A stretch of DNA of 50,984 nucleotides. It comes from Schumannella sp. (lineage in GTDB: Bacteria; Actinomycetota; Actinomycetes; Actinomycetales; Microbacteriaceae). The translations under genes were made by a program, and so were the position numbers. The notes beneath the pieces were generated by a model. It made no database searches, was not told the origin of the DNA, and saw only the letters and a list, made by a program, of their open reading frames with translations. This document shows, piece by piece, positions 42,727 to 50,975 of the stretch (position 1 is its first letter; every line of letters starts with the position of its first letter). Where the stretch lies: positions 1 through 50,984 of the forward strand of contig JAODAS010000029.1 in assembly GCA_025463555.1 (NCBI GenBank), read 5' to 3'.

Positions 42727-43305
42727 TCAGTTATCCACCCGTCGGGGAAATTGCACCAGTCTGCCGCCGCCTCGCCGAGGGTCCGCGGGCAGTTGATCCC
42801 ACACTGTCTCCACGCTGGCGATCGGAAGCTCCGACAGTGTGAGGCGATCACGGAAGAGCGCCAAGGTCTCCCCGTCGCCTTCGGCCGCGGGCGCCAAGAT
42901 GCCATGATATTTCAGCTGATGGGCCGCCGCCGCGACGCGCTGGCACGCTGCATATTCCCCCACTGCTGACCTCAGGTCGGCTTCGAGGAGCCCGACCTCC
43001 GCAGCAGCACCGTCTGCCGTCAGATCGAGCACACGTGTCACCGCGACGGGAACCGTATACAGCACTCGACGCTTAACGTGCTCCGGAGGCACGCCCGCGT
43101 CTTCAACCAGGTGCCGGTAAGCCTCGATGATGGAACTGTCGACAGGGCGCCCGAGGTAGATCACCGGAAAGTTTGCACCCCACCGGCCGTGAAATCCTCC
43201 TGCGAAGGCGTCGCGACCGGGACTGGCGTGCCGGTAGAACTCACCACGAATCTCGCTCTGCCTAATTGAGGCGACACGTTCGATCGTCGAGCGCAGCGAG
43301 TCCAT
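42727..43305 (-). CDS. RES-domain toxin-like protein (RES-Xre TA family)
   Basis: 'GRWGANFPVIYLG' (Arg), 'SIIEAYRHL' (Glu), 'HGILAPAAEGDGETLALF'. Canonical RES proteins read 'PS' where this one reads 'PA'. It follows the Xre/DUF2384-type gene with a 5-nt gap. Confidence 0.65.
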   Translation of the reverse strand: MDSLRSTIERVASIRQSEIRGEFYRHASPGRDAFAGGFHGRWGANFPVIYLGRPVDSSIIEAYRHLVEDAGVPPEHVKRRVLYTVPVAVTRVLDLTADGAAAEVGLLEADLRSAVGEYAACQRVAAAAHQLKYHGILAPAAEGDGETLALFRDRLTLSELPIASVETVWDQLPADPRRGGGRLVQFPRRVDN

Positions 43306-43310
43306 GGCTG

Positions 43311-43667
43311 TTACCGCCTAGGTCCGCCGGCGAGAGATTCGACGACTGCTAGGACGTCCTCGAATCGTCCCTCACGGATGGCATCAATAGGACGCTGATG
43401 CTCGAGCATTCGCTGCGGGCGGTGGAGCCAGATCTCGATTCCCTCGTTGTCGAAAACGTCTGAAAGTTGTTCGATCAAATACTGGAGCTCCAGCAATCGA
43501 TCACGCTGGACGCCGTCCGGCTTCGTCGTGCCGGCGGCCCAATTCTGCACAGAGCGCGTTTGGACGCCAGTCACCTCTGCGATTTCGCCCAGCGTGAGCG
43601 CTTGGCGGGCGTCAGACACGACGCGACGATAAACCGGCGAAGCGGCACGTGCGGCGAGGTCAGTCAT
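43311..43667 (-). CDS. Xre-like antitoxin with DUF2384-type C-terminal domain
   Basis: Trimmed to 'MTDLAARAAS...'. HTH 'LTLGEIAEVTGVQTRSVQNWAAG'. C-terminal 'IWLHRPQRMLEHQRPIDAIREGRFEDVLAVVESL'. Confidence 0.7.
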   Translation of the reverse strand: MTDLAARAASPVYRRVVSDARQALTLGEIAEVTGVQTRSVQNWAAGTTKPDGVQRDRLLELQYLIEQLSDVFDNEGIEIWLHRPQRMLEHQRPIDAIREGRFEDVLAVVESLAGGPRR

Positions 43668-43830
43668 GGTGGGTTCCTTTTCTCGTCTCGGGCGCATGAT
43701 CCTTCGGTGGGGTGAGCCGTGCGGATCCGGACAATCAATAGCATACGCCGGTTGCCTGTTGTACTTCCACTCTTTCTGCGTGTTACACTGCGTCTTAGGT
43801 TGCACCTTTGGTTGCGTGATTGGATACCCG

Positions 43831-45057
43831 ATGGACCTCATCATCAGAGCAGGCCGCAATGATCACACCGTGATCGACCACTTCCTGACGCCTACCGCTG
43901 CGGGCGTGTTTGCACCATCACGCCAGCCGATCGACGCCGTTGTTGCGGACGCCTCGATTGCCGCACAACGGCCTCAGCTGCAACGGATTACCGCTGATGC
44001 TGGTGTCCCCTACCTGATAGATCCGGTGACACCTCTCCTGCAGAGCGAGCAGGCGGAGAACGACTCATGGGCGACCCTCCCATTCGCTCACCCCGAGCCG
44101 TTGGTGCCCACGGACATCAATGACTACATGCTCGACGAACTCGTCGAGCGTGTCGTTGACTTCCAGCGCAGCACGGGAGCCACCCATCTGATCCCGCCGT
44201 ACTTCTACTCCAATAGGCGAGACGACGTCTGGTGGCGCGCAAACCTCGCCCTCCTGCGCCGCACTGGTCACCACCTCTCGCGCGAAGGCGTTAATCTCCC
44301 GGTCATCCCGGTGCTGGCCGTATCTCTTCGTGAGTACGGGCCAGAGATGACATGGGACCGTGGACTTGATGCGTTCCTGGCTGCCACCGGTGAGATGAAT
44401 ACCGAGTCAGTGGCCCTCTCTTGGTCCTGGAATAACCCGCCGCGCTCCAAGCAAGCAGCAATAGCCTTGCTTCTCGGAGCGACGGCCCACGCAGCCTCCC
44501 GTTCCTCGATCATCGGTTGGCGTGCAGGGACCTTCGGCCTCGCCCTCGCCGCCGTCGGTGCAAGCGGATATGAGACCGGGATCGGCGAACGCGAAAGCCT
44601 TCACTACGTATCGCTCGCGGCGTCGCGCCGGCCCAAGGCCGACTCGAGTCCGCCGCGCGCTCAGGCCTACACCTATTTCAGCGAGTTCGGGCGAAGCCTT
44701 CCCCGCCGAGCAGGCGAGGCCATCTTGAAGGACCCTCGTATCATGGGCTCCCTCGTGTGCAACCCCGACAACGCCTGCTGCACAGAGGGCGCGGACAGCA
44801 TGATCCATCAGTGGCGCGAGCACACAGTGAGAGAGAGGCGGCGGGAGCTCACTCAGCTCGAAACGATGCCGGCGGCCAGGGGGTGGCGGCTCAACCACAT
44901 CGAACAGAAAGCTGATCGTGCCGCGGTTCTTGTCGCCAGCGCAAATGAGGCGCTTTCGGAAGCAGGGGTCGATGTGCGAATTCCCACGGAGAGCTTTGCC
45001 GCCATGCAGGACGTCGCCAGCTCGATGCGGGCGAGACTGAACAGTCAGGTGGCCTAG
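43831..45057 (+). CDS. Orphan 408-aa protein, divergent from the RES-Xre pair
   Basis: Trimmed to 'MDLIIRAG'. Has repeated strand-like segments (LIDPVTP, HLIPPYFY, VIPVLAV, VALSWSW, IIGWRAG) and a Cys/His cluster 'VCNPDNACCTEGADSMIHQWREH'. No family recognised. Confidence 0.5.
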   Translation: MDLIIRAGRNDHTVIDHFLTPTAAGVFAPSRQPIDAVVADASIAAQRPQLQRITADAGVPYLIDPVTPLLQSEQAENDSWATLPFAHPEPLVPTDINDYMLDELVERVVDFQRSTGATHLIPPYFYSNRRDDVWWRANLALLRRTGHHLSREGVNLPVIPVLAVSLREYGPEMTWDRGLDAFLAATGEMNTESVALSWSWNNPPRSKQAAIALLLGATAHAASRSSIIGWRAGTFGLALAAVGASGYETGIGERESLHYVSLAASRRPKADSSPPRAQAYTYFSEFGRSLPRRAGEAILKDPRIMGSLVCNPDNACCTEGADSMIHQWREHTVRERRRELTQLETMPAARGWRLNHIEQKADRAAVLVASANEALSEAGVDVRIPTESFAAMQDVASSMRARLNSQVA

Positions 45058-45126
45058 TGGGGTGCGGCGCGACCCGGTTCCAACGTCTACGAGATCGATG
45101 CTCGAGTGAAGAGAGAAGGACCAACC

Positions 45127-45372
45127 ATGGCTAACAACAATCGTCGCGATGTCTCACCGAACGGAGGAGATGGCTGGAAGGTCACCCGCCCCGGTGCCAA
45201 GGCGCCTACGGCAAAAGCGCCGACGCAGGGGGGCGCCGAGAAGATCGCGAAGAAGCAGGTGTCCGACGCAGGCGGCGGCCAGGTCTACATCCGCACCCCT
45301 AAGGGCGTCATCCGCGACGCCGACACCGTCAAGCCCGGCAACGAATCGCCGACCAAGGACACCAAGCATTGA
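45127..45372 (+). CDS. DUF2188-like small protein
   Basis: 'GDGWKVTRPGAKAPTAKAPTQGGAEKIAKKQVSDAGGGQVYIRTPKGVIRDADT' fits the DUF2188 pattern (GW.V...GA....f.Tq.eAi..A...a...g.e..ih..dG.i). ATG is preceded by GAGAGAAGGA. Confidence 0.55.
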   Translation: MANNNRRDVSPNGGDGWKVTRPGAKAPTAKAPTQGGAEKIAKKQVSDAGGGQVYIRTPKGVIRDADTVKPGNESPTKDTKH

Positions 45373-45401
45373 CCTAACCCGCATTGGGCCCGTCGATCGA
45401 T

Positions 45402-46070
45402 ATGGACTACGTGATGACGAAGAAGCGCCTCGTCCTCAACAAGCGCACCAGATCGGTCATTCGTGTAGCTGCAAGCGGGCTCGCAGCGGGAGCGTTGGCC
45501 GTCTACCTGGCGATCCCCGTTCGGATCGGAGCACCATTCGAGTGGCTTCCGTTGCTGATCGTGGTGGCGATCGGATCGATCATCGGAATCGTCGTCGCGG
45601 GGCATGCAACGATCCGACCGCGGCTCCTCGCCCTCACGTCCATCGTCTGGGTCGTGCTGGCCGCGCTAGCCTTCTGCGCACCGCGGTGGATCTCGGCAGG
45701 TCGTTACGACGGAACCCTGCCCACCGCCACGGAGTGCGTCGGCGGGGCGACCTCTGTCACCCAATGGCCCATACTCGCCACCGGCGGAAAAAAGATTCTA
45801 GGCCAAGCCGAACTGATTTACTCCGGGCAATGCGGCACCGCCTGGGTCCGCGTCAGCCAAACCCCACCGGACTCCTCCAGCACGAAGTCCATCGCACGCC
45901 CGGCCGGTGATCTGCTGCCACCAGCGGCGACTCGGCCTGAAACAGATCCGTACTCCAACTTGGGCACCTTCGGACGTCAGCTCGTGGCGCCAGGGTGTGT
46001 CGTAGCCCGGGTCACGGTGAGCGAGAACGGCGCCATCGTCGGAGCATCCCGGCAAACGGTATGCCGCTGA
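45402..46070 (+). CDS. Membrane protein with DUF2690-like C-terminal domain
   Basis: Three TM helices followed by 'AELIYSGQCGTAWVRV', which matches the YS..C.T.WA pattern I associate with DUF2690. The start is ambiguous among 45384, 45402 and 45414. Confidence 0.45.
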   Translation: MDYVMTKKRLVLNKRTRSVIRVAASGLAAGALAVYLAIPVRIGAPFEWLPLLIVVAIGSIIGIVVAGHATIRPRLLALTSIVWVVLAALAFCAPRWISAGRYDGTLPTATECVGGATSVTQWPILATGGKKILGQAELIYSGQCGTAWVRVSQTPPDSSSTKSIARPAGDLLPPAATRPETDPYSNLGTFGRQLVAPGCVVARVTVSENGAIVGASRQTVCR

Positions 46071-46105
46071 CCGCCAGTCAGTTGCGGCAAGCCGAACACG
46101 CAAGG

Positions 46106-46702
46106 TCACTCGCGAGCGCGCTTAGAAGCCGTCCGTAACCGACCTTGTCGTGCCAGGTGAGATCGACGGTTGACAGCTTCGCGGTAAATCTCTATCCAAG
46201 CCTTGTACGTGGCTCGCTGACGGTCTTGCGTGCGTGCGGCCGCCCACGCGAGTGCGGCCGCCACGAGCGAGATCAGGGCTACCAGCCCAACGACCAGAGC
46301 GGTTGTGCTGAGCACCTGCGTGAAATCCTCCTGGCTGATTCCGTGGATCTTGCCCGTCTTTGGGTCCACGAGGGGCACGAGTGTCGTGAAGAATCCGCCG
46401 ATGACGGCGACCATGAGTGCGGTGAATACTGTTGCGCTGGTGCCCACCACCACAATGAAGGTCGTTGCTGCTGGGGTCCTGGCGCCCGCCTCTCTCATCT
46501 CGGCGCGCACACTGAGTTCGGCTAGCACCTGGGTGCGCACGTTCTGGGGTGCCCTGAGAAACGCGGTAGTGCGCGACTCCAGGTGAATGAGGTCGTTGTA
46601 GATATGCTCCTCTGCTTGCCGCTGGACTGCGTCGCCGAGAATTCGGTCACGCCACGACACGCGCTGCCTTGCCGAACGGCTGGCGTCCTCTCGCTCTCCC
46701 AT
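46106..46702 (-). CDS. Hypothetical membrane protein, last gene of the relaxase operon
   Basis: Two long TM helices. TGATG coupling to the upstream gene. Confidence 0.55.
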   Translation of the reverse strand: MGEREDASRSARQRVSWRDRILGDAVQRQAEEHIYNDLIHLESRTTAFLRAPQNVRTQVLAELSVRAEMREAGARTPAATTFIVVVGTSATVFTALMVAVIGGFFTTLVPLVDPKTGKIHGISQEDFTQVLSTTALVVGLVALISLVAAALAWAAARTQDRQRATYKAWIEIYREAVNRRSHLARQGRLRTASKRARE

Positions 46703-47595
46703 CAGCGGCCAAGGTGACGTTCGCGCTGCTGTCCCGGGGCTCCAGCTGCGCGCCGAGCCCTCGGTGCCCGCTTGGGTGCGGTCGTCACAGCTTCACGCGG
46801 ATGCCGGGCTTGGTCGGCCGCCGTCGTCATGCGAGCGTCGATGACCTCACGATCGGCCTTGCCCTCGAGCGATGAGGCGAACCGTTCCCGCCGCTCGGCA
46901 CTGTCAAACGCCTCGGCCGCGTCCGCGCGGTTGGCGGTCGCCTCGCCACGTAGTTCGTCGCTCACGCCCCTTTCGTTCTCCGCCTCGTCTCGCAGCTGGT
47001 CGACGTCGAGCGCTCCATCGGTCTCGGCGGCCTGCTCGTCGCGTTCGTCCGCCGGTGGCTGGCGTTCCTCGGTCACTCGATCGAGCGTCTCGGCCGCGGT
47101 GATGAACGCGCCGGCTTCCGCTACGTCGATGACACTTTCCCCGCGCGAGGCGGCCGCCTCTGAGCGAGTCCGCTCTGCCCTGGCCAACGCCTCGCGTACT
47201 GCGGCGGGGTCCGCGTGAAGGTTCTGGACGTCCAGCCCATAACGGTCTCGGACTTCCTCTGCGATGCGTTCGCCGGCGCGGTCGGCCTCGGGGTCGATGC
47301 CCTGCCAGGCGGTGGCCGTCTCGTGGACGCCAGCAATCTGGTCGACGCTCGCGGTATCCCACCAGGTGCGGTCGTACACCGGCGCGAGCTCGGCCCGTGC
47401 TGCGGCACGTTCGGCATCGAACCGGGCTTGCACCTCACGGTTCTGCCGTTCCGTCTGAGCCTGTCGGGTGCGGGCGAGTTCTTCGCGGATCCGCGCGACG
47501 CGTGCGCCCAGCTGGGCCGCCACGGTGAGCGCGATCCGCAGCTGGCCGTCCAGTGCGTCCGCGATGCCGTCGTTCTCTTCGGCCATGATTGCCAC
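46702..47595 (-). CDS. Hypothetical acidic/Ala-Arg-rich coiled-coil protein downstream of the relaxase
   Basis: 297 aa with a helical repeat-like composition. 6 nt after the relaxase stop. Confidence 0.5.
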   Translation of the reverse strand: MAIMAEENDGIADALDGQLRIALTVAAQLGARVARIREELARTRQAQTERQNREVQARFDAERAAARAELAPVYDRTWWDTASVDQIAGVHETATAWQGIDPEADRAGERIAEEVRDRYGLDVQNLHADPAAVREALARAERTRSEAAASRGESVIDVAEAGAFITAAETLDRVTEERQPPADERDEQAAETDGALDVDQLRDEAENERGVSDELRGEATANRADAAEAFDSAERRERFASSLEGKADREVIDARMTTAADQARHPREAVTTAPKRAPRARRAAGAPGQQRERHLGR

Positions 47596-47601
47596 CTTCC
47601 G

Positions 47602-49245
47602 TTATCTTCCGATGCCGCGGTCTTGCTCGGGTCCGGTCGCGGGCTTGTAGGGCTTAGCGGGTTCGATCTTTGTCGGCAGGGGTGACCCGGGACGGGGAGC
47701 GCTGAGGCCGGTCTGAGCAATGCGGACCGCCTCGGCCGTGCGCTCGTCGACGTCGACGGGCGCGGGGTTCTGATCCTTCCGGGGAACCTCGGGCAGCCGT
47801 GATGCGACGGTGGCCATCTGCGAGTTCAGGGTGCGGGAGATTTCCGCTGCGCGAGCCTCGTCCCCGATGGCCTTGTGCATGTCGATGATCGCCACGGTGA
47901 GCCGTGCGAGCTGGCGCATCAGGATCGCCTCGGCCATCGTCCCTTGACCCTGGCTGGCGGCCTGCATCAGCAGCATGGCGGCGCCGCCGGCGCTGCCCAT
48001 GCTGACCTTCTTCGGCTTCGAGGTGTGCGCCTTGATGTGCGCCGACCGGGCCAGCTCACGGGAGGTTGCAGCGAGCGGTCCGGGCGTCGTCTCGACGCGC
48101 TGCGACCAGGCGGCGAACGCACCGGCCGTGTCGCGTGCGACGTGCGCCCACGCTGCCCGATCGCCCGGTGGGACGCTGCGCAGCTCGTCGCGCATTCGCC
48201 GCATGTCGTCGGAGTATTTCTGCCACAGTTCCGGGGCCGGCTCTGTCTCTTCACGGCCCGGCGCGACCGGCCGGTACTGCCAGGGGTTGCGGCTGGTGGC
48301 CTTCCACTCGTCGACCGCGCCCTGCGCCGCCTGCGGGCTGTCGGACCATCCCTCGCGGAGCCTCGGGAGGGTCAGGTCGCGGGCGAGCCGGCCGCCGCCG
48401 TACCAAACCGGAGGGGTGCCGTGCTCGGTGCGCAGCGCGACCGAGTAACCGGCGACAACGTCGTCACGACCGGCCGCGAAACGGGGCCGAATGAGAACGC
48501 CGGCGCGACGTACCCGACGTACAAACTCGCCCTCGTCGATCGACGCGGCCGCCGCAGCACGCACGCTCCGTTCGAGCCGGTGCGCGTCGACCTCGACGGC
48601 GCCGGTACGGCGTGCGCGCTCCTGCTCGGCGGGCTTGATGCCCCGCTCCCCCAGGCCGTGCTCACGGCTGCTGAGCTGCTGCAGCCCGTACTCGCGCTCG
48701 AGGTCGCGGCAGGTGTCCTGCGCCTTCTTGAAGTCGTTGTGGGTGCTCGCTTTGGTGCCGTCCTCGCGCACCAAGGAGACCGCGATGTGGACGTGGTCGT
48801 TGCCGTTGGTCGACAGACCGTGACGGACGGCGACCCACCGGCACTCGGCCTTGCCGCTGGCCTCGGTGAATCCCATCCGGTCCACGAAGTCTTGCGCGAT
48901 CGCGCCCCACTTCTCATCGGACAGCTGGCCCTCGCCGGCTCGTAGTGACAGGGAGCAGTGCCACACATCTGCCGGCGTCGTGGTCGAGTGAACCGCGCCC
49001 GTCTCCGGGTCGGTGATGCTCTGTGTGCGCGTTACTTCGACGCCCAGCGCGACGCGCGGCTCGTCGAGGTCCTTCGCGATCGCCAAGGCCGTCTCACGAT
49101 CGAGCACACCGTATCCGTGCATCGTGACGATGGCGGAGTTGCCAGCGACGAGGTGCTGTTCCTCGTGTTCGTTCGAGCGTCCGGGACCGGCCAGGTAGAC
49201 CATGAGCCCACCCATCCGGCTCCCCCGGGTGATGTTCGGCATCAT
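47602..49245 (-). CDS. Relaxase/mobilisation nuclease (MOBQ/MOBP-type relaxase domain)
   Basis: N-terminal relaxase fold. 'VWHCSLS' and the histidine triad 'HGLSTNGNDHVHIAV'. ATGA overlap with the mobC stop. Confidence 0.85.
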   Translation of the reverse strand: MMPNITRGSRMGGLMVYLAGPGRSNEHEEQHLVAGNSAIVTMHGYGVLDRETALAIAKDLDEPRVALGVEVTRTQSITDPETGAVHSTTTPADVWHCSLSLRAGEGQLSDEKWGAIAQDFVDRMGFTEASGKAECRWVAVRHGLSTNGNDHVHIAVSLVREDGTKASTHNDFKKAQDTCRDLEREYGLQQLSSREHGLGERGIKPAEQERARRTGAVEVDAHRLERSVRAAAAASIDEGEFVRRVRRAGVLIRPRFAAGRDDVVAGYSVALRTEHGTPPVWYGGGRLARDLTLPRLREGWSDSPQAAQGAVDEWKATSRNPWQYRPVAPGREETEPAPELWQKYSDDMRRMRDELRSVPPGDRAAWAHVARDTAGAFAAWSQRVETTPGPLAATSRELARSAHIKAHTSKPKKVSMGSAGGAAMLLMQAASQGQGTMAEAILMRQLARLTVAIIDMHKAIGDEARAAEISRTLNSQMATVASRLPEVPRKDQNPAPVDVDERTAEAVRIAQTGLSAPRPGSPLPTKIEPAKPYKPATGPEQDRGIGR

Positions 49246-49640
49246 GAGTCGGCCAGCGTTTCAATCGCTGCGGACAGGCGCGGGACGATCGCCCGATAGT
49301 CGGTCACGATCGCCTCGGCCTCGGCCGGGAACGTGCCCTCGCTGTTCGCGTACTTCGCGAGCTGGTTCGCGTTGTTCGCCAGGTTCGCGAGCAACCGGCG
49401 CACCGCGAATATCTCCACGATCGCAGCCTTGCGATCGGTGTCAGTCTGCACGTGACCGCTCATCGCGGACTCGAACAACAGGCGCGGAACGGTCACACCA
49501 CGAACCGCGGCACGAGCGCGCAGCTGCGTGTCCTCTTCGGGAGTGACCGACACCTCGTAGCGCTTGGCGCGCTTCGCTTCACCGCGGGCATTGGCACGTC
49601 GAGAACGGCCGAACAGTCGGTTCTCGTTCTGCTCCGACAT
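49242..49640 (-). CDS. mobC: MobC-family relaxosome accessory protein
   Basis: Trimmed to 'MSEQNENRLF'. RHH-like 'YEVSVTPEEDTQLRARAAVRG' and the MobC signature 'LANLANNANQLAKYANSEG'. Confidence 0.8.
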   Translation of the reverse strand: MSEQNENRLFGRSRRANARGEAKRAKRYEVSVTPEEDTQLRARAAVRGVTVPRLLFESAMSGHVQTDTDRKAAIVEIFAVRRLLANLANNANQLAKYANSEGTFPAEAEAIVTDYRAIVPRLSAAIETLADS

Positions 49641-49879
49641 TGCCCCTCCCCCGTCCTTCTGGCCCAGCGCAGCGAACCCGCCTCTGGCGGGGACCATACG
49701 ACCAGTATGCCGGTGCCGGACGCGACAGTCCAGCACCGCAAGCCAGTTACCCCGGGTAACTGTATAGCTTGCTCCGTATGGGGCTCCGCCCGAACGGTGC
49801 GTAAGTATCGGTGAGGCAGCACCGGGAGGGTGCCACGTTACGCCTAGTGGAGCGGTTGCGGTCCTGTTAATCTGAGGCC
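49641..49879. other. Candidate oriT region (divergent intergenic region upstream of mobC)
   Basis: Non-coding 239 bp containing the perfect inverted repeat AGTTACCC-C-GGGTAACT (49744-49760). The nic site is not identifiable by eye. Confidence 0.4.
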
Positions 49880-50188
49880 ATGAGCGACGTACAACTGGAC
49901 CCACAGGAAGCCGCCCGGAAAGCGCGGGCCATCATCGAGGCCGAGCAGAACGCGCGCGTGCGCTCTGTGGAAGAACTCGTTTCTGCCACCAACGTTTTCG
50001 ACGCTGCGGAGCAGGCCGTCAAGGATGCCGCCGCCGCGCACGACAAGGCCTGGAACGCCGCCCTTGCCGCGGGATGGACTGAGAAGAACCTGCGTGAGAT
50101 TGGCGCCCGTGCGCCCGGTCAGTCCGCGCCCCGCGCGCGTAAGCGCCGTGCTGCCGCTGCATCTCCCGCCCAGAGCATTGAAGGGTGA
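49880..50188 (+). CDS. Hypothetical small helical protein (102 aa)
   Basis: Coding-like, Ala/Glu-rich helices with a basic tail. Followed by a strong terminator. Confidence 0.5.
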   Translation: MSDVQLDPQEAARKARAIIEAEQNARVRSVEELVSATNVFDAAEQAVKDAAAAHDKAWNAALAAGWTEKNLREIGARAPGQSAPRARKRRAAAASPAQSIEG

Positions 50189-50211
50189 GCCTGCGGCTCC
50201 TCAGCTTTCTA

Positions 50212-50250
50212 GAACAGGCCCCGCCGAGCGTCGCTCGGTGGGGCCTGTTC
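50212..50250 (+). terminator. Long hairpin terminator
   Basis: GAACAGGCCCCGCCGAGCG-T-CGCTCGGTGGGGCCTGTTC, with one G-T wobble, followed by a T-rich stretch. Confidence 0.7.
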
Positions 50251-50256
50251 GTTGGG

Positions 50257-50421
50257 CAACTCCGTTGCCTTTCGGCTAGGTGATGGTACGCACCGTTCCT
50301 CTCTGAGCAAGAGCTTTCGCGGCATATCCTCACTCGCTGCGCTCGCTCCGGTATTCCACGGTCTCTTGCTCATTCACCCCCGGCGCTGTTTCGGCAAGAG
50401 CGCCGAAAGGCAAATGGGTTG
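50257..50421 (+). repeat. Hairpin cassette R4 (copy 4 of 4, opposite genomic orientation)
   Basis: Same conserved core, CTTTCGCGGCATATCCTCACTCGCTGCGCTCGCTCCGGTATTCCACG. Outer stem is TTGCCTTTCGGC/GCCGAAAGGCAA. The inner stem is replaced by GAGCAAGAG/CTCTTGCTC. It ends 21 nt before ATG 50443. Confidence 0.8.
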
Positions 50422-50442
50422 AGATGAGAGAGGGAGTGGGTC

Positions 50443-50739
50443 ATGAGCAGGATCGTCACCTTGTACGTGGAGTCCGGATCCGCAACAAGCGACAAAACCA
50501 GAGCAGCAATGGACAGTGTCGGCATCGGCTACGAGCTGGTGCCGGTAACGGTCGACGACTACCCCCTGCAGGCGGTCGGAACGTCCTACGCGACAGCACC
50601 GGTCACGGTCGTCGACGGGATCAGCTGGGACGGGTACCGGCCCGACCTGATCGCACGGCTCGCCGCCGAGCAGGCGCTTGAGGCATACGAGGTGCCTGTC
50701 GATCCGATGGACGAGCTCTACTGCGAAAGCTGCCAGTGA
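50443..50739 (+). CDS. Glutaredoxin/NrdH-like fold protein lacking CxxC, with C-terminal 'VPVDPMDELYCESCQ' tail
   Basis: 'IVTLYVESGSATSDKTRAAMDSVGIGYELVPV...APVTVVDGISWDGY' follows the NrdH topology, but 'SGSATS' replaces the CxxC motif. The tail is shared with the product of 7595-7876. Confidence 0.55.
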   Translation: MSRIVTLYVESGSATSDKTRAAMDSVGIGYELVPVTVDDYPLQAVGTSYATAPVTVVDGISWDGYRPDLIARLAAEQALEAYEVPVDPMDELYCESCQ

Positions 50740-50975
50740 TGAGCGCCGCATACCTCCGCCGGCACCGCGTCACCGTGCCCGCAGAGCTGCGCTCCTACAC
50801 ACCGGAACAGGCCGCGACCGCGACCGGGCTAACCCTCGACGATCTGCGCCGGATGCGCGAAACCGGTCAAGGACCGGCATACGTCACGATCGGCAAAAGA
50901 ACCATCCGCTACATCCGCAACGACCTCGACCAATGGACGGCCGATCAGCGCTCCACAATGTCCGCCCACTCGTAG
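50736..50975 (+). CDS. Helix-turn-helix (AlpA/excisionase-like HTH_17) protein
   Basis: 'YTPEQAATATGLTLDDLRRMRETGQGPAYVTIGKRTIRYIRNDLDQW'. ATGA overlap with the previous gene. Confidence 0.6.
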   Translation: MMSAAYLRRHRVTVPAELRSYTPEQAATATGLTLDDLRRMRETGQGPAYVTIGKRTIRYIRNDLDQWTADQRSTMSAHS

